Shown: in pieces, positions 61,428-64,000 of the stretch
Layout of the letters: each line of letters opens with the position of its first letter
Position numbering within the stretch: position 1 is the stretch's first letter
Source: Desulfobacterales bacterium
GTDB lineage: Bacteria; Desulfobacterota; Desulfobacteria; Desulfobacterales; UBA2156
NCBI GenBank assembly: GCA_027025555.1
Contig: JALVQN010000174.1
Location: forward strand, 4,704 to 68,703
Reading direction: 5' to 3'
Length of the DNA: 64,000 nucleotides
Program-made: the position numbers and the translations under genes
Notes under the pieces: model-generated
Databases searched by the model: none
The model's input: only the letters and a program-made list of their open reading frames with translations
Told to the model about the DNA's origin: nothing

Positions 61428-61766
61428 TTAGGGCTTTTCTTCCGATACGGAGCCGGAAGCCGTCTCCATGACCTCGTTGACCAAAGCCATGGCCGCCATC
61501 ATGTTGGGAAACCCGGTGGTGGTCAAGGAAAGCAAGACCGTATGGACGATCTCCTCCGGCTTGGCACCCGATGCCAGGGCCTTCCGGGTTCCGGACATGA
61601 CCGCGCCCCGGGAGTTGGCGCCCACGGCGATGCCGAGCTTGATGAGATTCTGGTACTTTTCAGGGACCGGACCGGCATTGCGGCATTTCCGGCCCAAGGA
61701 TTCAAAGGCCTCGAACACATCGGGATATTGTTTTACAAACTTCTGGTAAATCTTGGGATAATACAT
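61428..61766 (-). CDS. carboxymuconolactone decarboxylase (AhpD-like) family protein
   Basis: 112 aa. EKYQNLIKLGIAVGANSRGAVMSGTRKALASGAKPEEIVHTVLL fits the CMD fold pattern but lacks the CxxC. GGAGG SD. Confidence 0.75.
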   Translation of the reverse strand: MYYPKIYQKFVKQYPDVFEAFESLGRKCRNAGPVPEKYQNLIKLGIAVGANSRGAVMSGTRKALASGAKPEEIVHTVLLSLTTTGFPNMMAAMALVNEVMETASGSVSEEKP

Positions 61767-62001
61767 GGGGGCCTCCGGATTGTTTCGTTTTTAAATGCGA
61801 CTGAGCGGGTATCATACCGGGTGGCGGGGTAAAGTCAAGTGTCTTGACCGAGCGCCTTTGGGGAGGAAGGAACGGCCGAGCGTAAATACGCTTGTCTCTT
61901 GACAGGGAACCCGGCGCAAGGCTAAATAACCCTGAAAAGGCATGTTGCCGCATGCCCTTTCCGGAAAGAACCTTCCGAACAGCCGCCCCATACCGTTTTG
62001 A

Positions 62002-63357
62002 ATGAGCGCTTCCATGGAAAAAGATCCCCCAAAACGCCTCAAAGCCCGAAAGGACGCCTTAAAGATCCTCAAGGAAGCATTGCGTGCCGTACAAGCCGGC
62101 AATGCCCTTGGCAAATACCTTCGTGTGGAAGGGGATCGGCTCTTTTTCAAAGAATTTAATCTGCCCTTTTCCGGTTTTCACCGCTTAATCGTCATCGGTG
62201 CCGGCAAGGCCACCGCAGCCATGGCGAAAGCCGCGGAGGCGGTGCTGGGGGACCGCCTGGAAAGCGGCCACATCAACGTCAAATACGGCCACAGTCACCC
62301 CCTCAAACGGATTCGTCTCACGGAGGCGGGGCATCCCATACCCGATGCCCGGGGCGTGGAAGGGGCCGCCAGGATCCTGAACCTGGCAGAAAACGCCGGA
62401 TCCCATGACCTGATCATCGCGCTTTTTTCAGGGGGCGGCTCGGCCCTCCTCCCCCTTCCCGTGGAGGGAATCTCCCTCAAGGACAAACAGGAAACCATTG
62501 CCGCGCTGCTGAACTGCGGGGCTTCCATCCGCGAGATCAATACGCTCCGGAAACATCTTTCCGCCATCAAGGGGGGGCGCCTGGCCCAGGCGGCCTACCC
62601 TGCCCGGCTGGTCTCCTTGATCCTTTCCGACGTGGTGGGAGACACCCTGGACGTCATTGCCTCGGGCCCCACAGTGCCGGATCCCAGCACTTTTTCCAAC
62701 TGCATGGAAATCGTGTCCCGCTACAGCCTTGAAAACCGGCTCCCCCCCGCCGTTATGGCCCTGTTTGAGAAAGGGGCCTCCGGAAAGATCCCGGAAACGC
62801 CCAAACCCGGAGACCCGGTCTTTGAAAAGACAAAAAACCTCATCGTGGGAAGCAATGTCGAGGCGCTCCTGGCGGCCAAAGCCGCGTCCGAAGGCCTGGG
62901 ATACCACACATTGATCCTCTCCTCCGTCATCGAGGGCGACACCCGGGAAGCCGCCCGTTTCCATGCCGCCATTGCCCGGGAAATCCGTCGCACGGGCAAC
63001 CCGGTGCCCCCCCCGGCGTGTCTCCTTTCAGGGGGGGAAACCACGGTGGTGGTTACCGGGGACGGCAAGGGCGGAAGGAACCAGGAGTTTGCCCTCCAGG
63101 CCGCCCTTGAAGTCGCCGGGGCGGGCCCCGTCATCGTGCTTTCCGCCGGCACCGACGGCACCGACGGCCCCACGGACGCGGCAGGGGCCCTGGCCGATGA
63201 TACGACGGTCTCCAGGGCCGAGGCCCTGGGCCTGAACCCGGCAAGCCATCTCAGCCGAAACAACAGCTATCCTTTCTTCAAAGCCCTTGAGGACCTGGTC
63301 ATGACGGGTCCCACGGACACCAACGTGATGGATCTCAGGATCATGCTCATCCCTTGA
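62002..63357 (+). CDS. glycerate 2-kinase / hydroxypyruvate reductase-like (DUF4147 + MOFRL, GckA/TtuD type)
   Basis: 451 aa. VIGAGKATAAMAKA, LFSGGGSALL, LSGGETTV, GTDGTDGPTDAAGA motifs. Confidence 0.85.
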   Translation: MSASMEKDPPKRLKARKDALKILKEALRAVQAGNALGKYLRVEGDRLFFKEFNLPFSGFHRLIVIGAGKATAAMAKAAEAVLGDRLESGHINVKYGHSHPLKRIRLTEAGHPIPDARGVEGAARILNLAENAGSHDLIIALFSGGGSALLPLPVEGISLKDKQETIAALLNCGASIREINTLRKHLSAIKGGRLAQAAYPARLVSLILSDVVGDTLDVIASGPTVPDPSTFSNCMEIVSRYSLENRLPPAVMALFEKGASGKIPETPKPGDPVFEKTKNLIVGSNVEALLAAKAASEGLGYHTLILSSVIEGDTREAARFHAAIAREIRRTGNPVPPPACLLSGGETTVVVTGDGKGGRNQEFALQAALEVAGAGPVIVLSAGTDGTDGPTDAAGALADDTTVSRAEALGLNPASHLSRNNSYPFFKALEDLVMTGPTDTNVMDLRIMLIP

Positions 63358-63385
63358 ACGCACCGGATTTGAGGATAAAAAACCC

Positions 63386-64000
63386 ATGCCGTTTCCGTTT
63401 CACTTTGAAAGTCTCTCTCTAAAAAAAGCGGACGCCTATCTCGAAAGGCTTTCCCGGACGCCTCAAAAAGCCTCGGATTACAGTCTGGTCAACCTGTGGG
63501 GCTGGCAAGGGGCCTACGGTCTCAAATGGGCATGGGAAGACCCCCTGGTGTGGATTTCCCAGAGTCGTCCCCGGGAGATCCTTTGGGCTCCTGTGGGGCC
63601 TTGGGAAGAAGTCGATTGGTCCCGCTGTCTCCCCCTCCTGGAAGCGGCCCATGCCGTCTTTACGAGGGTTCCGGAAAAACTGACGGCCCTTTGGAGAAGC
63701 GCCTTTCCCGGACAACCGGCCATCGAGCCGGAAAGGGGCCACTGGGATTATCTGTACCGCATGCAAGACCTGGCTTTTCTCAAAGGGAATCGCTTTCACA
63801 AAAAGAAAAACCAGGTCAACCGGTTCATCAAAAAGCACGCCTTTGACTATGTTTCTCTCGACGCGACCCGGATCGGGGAAGTCCTTCTCATGCAGGAAAA
63901 CTGGTGCACCTGGAAAGACTGTGGGTCCTCGGAAACGCTGGAAGCCGAAAACCGGGCCATCGCCCTCGTCCTTGAGGCCTTTTCCGGTTTTCAAGATCTT
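63386..64000 (+). CDS. DUF2156 (lysyl-phosphatidylglycerol synthase C-terminal-like) domain protein; partial, runs off the right edge
   Basis: Own translation from ATG 63386: MPFPFHFESLSLKKADAYLERLSRTPQKASDYSLVNLWGWQGAYGLKWAWEDPLVWISQ...DYLYRMQDLAFLKGNRFHKKKNQVNRFIKKH..., open to 64000. The SDYS..NL..W and G.k...kRn..nrF blocks fit DUF2156. Not in the track because truncated. Confidence 0.65.
   Translation, partial: MPFPFHFESLSLKKADAYLERLSRTPQKASDYSLVNLWGWQGAYGLKWAWEDPLVWISQSRPREILWAPVGPWEEVDWSRCLPLLEAAHAVFTRVPEKLTALWRSAFPGQPAIEPERGHWDYLYRMQDLAFLKGNRFHKKKNQVNRFIKKHAFDYVSLDATRIGEVLLMQENWCTWKDCGSSETLEAENRAIALVLEAFSGFQDL

Overview
This is a 64-kb chromosomal window from a high-GC Gram-negative bacterium. 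The gene content (fhs, tRNA-Sec, larC, an HD-GYP regulator, an archaeal/deltaproteobacterial-style Acs plus SSS acetate locus) suggests an anaerobe of the Thermodesulfobacteriota/'Deltaproteobacteria' type; that placement is a low-confidence inference. No database search or computation was possible. All calls rest on the supplied ORF track, my own translations and remembered family motifs.

Most of the window is tightly packed housekeeping DNA:
- an acs / SSS-permease acetate locus and purC
- mdh and an ispF-cysS-uvrB-uvrC string
- recC-recB-recD
- an M20 peptidase, larC and an RNB ribonuclease
- a heterodimeric ABC exporter, fhs and ispD
- Nif3 / zinc-ribbon / RNase P RNA
- dnaG-rpoD and hisB-hisA
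- three tRNAs (Sec-UCA, CAT, Ala-CGC)
- a glycerate kinase

The best candidate for something undescribed is a roughly 5-kb, visibly AT-richer insertion (about 18.4-23.5 kb) between ispF and osmC. It carries four co-directional genes for signal-peptide proteins:
- two small beta-rich secreted proteins
- a PapD-like periplasmic protein
- an ~880-aa outer-membrane beta-barrel-like protein with two C-terminal beta-sandwich domains

I read this as a divergent chaperone-usher-like fibre assembly system.

Other items worth a second look:
- an intact receiver gene translationally coupled to a membrane HAMP/PAS pseudo-histidine-kinase fused to a DEDDh exonuclease, followed by a cNMP-binding protein, all in the acetate locus
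- a dynamin-like GTPase plus orphan ParA operon
- a stand-alone YcaO-TPR protein
- a ~350-aa unknown domain fused to HPr
- two unannotated micro-ORFs (a 28-aa symporter-associated peptide and a 55-aa Cys-rich protein with its own promoter)
- rnpB lying directly behind the Nif3/zinc-ribbon genes

The many long antisense ORFs in the track are GC-driven shadows and were rejected.
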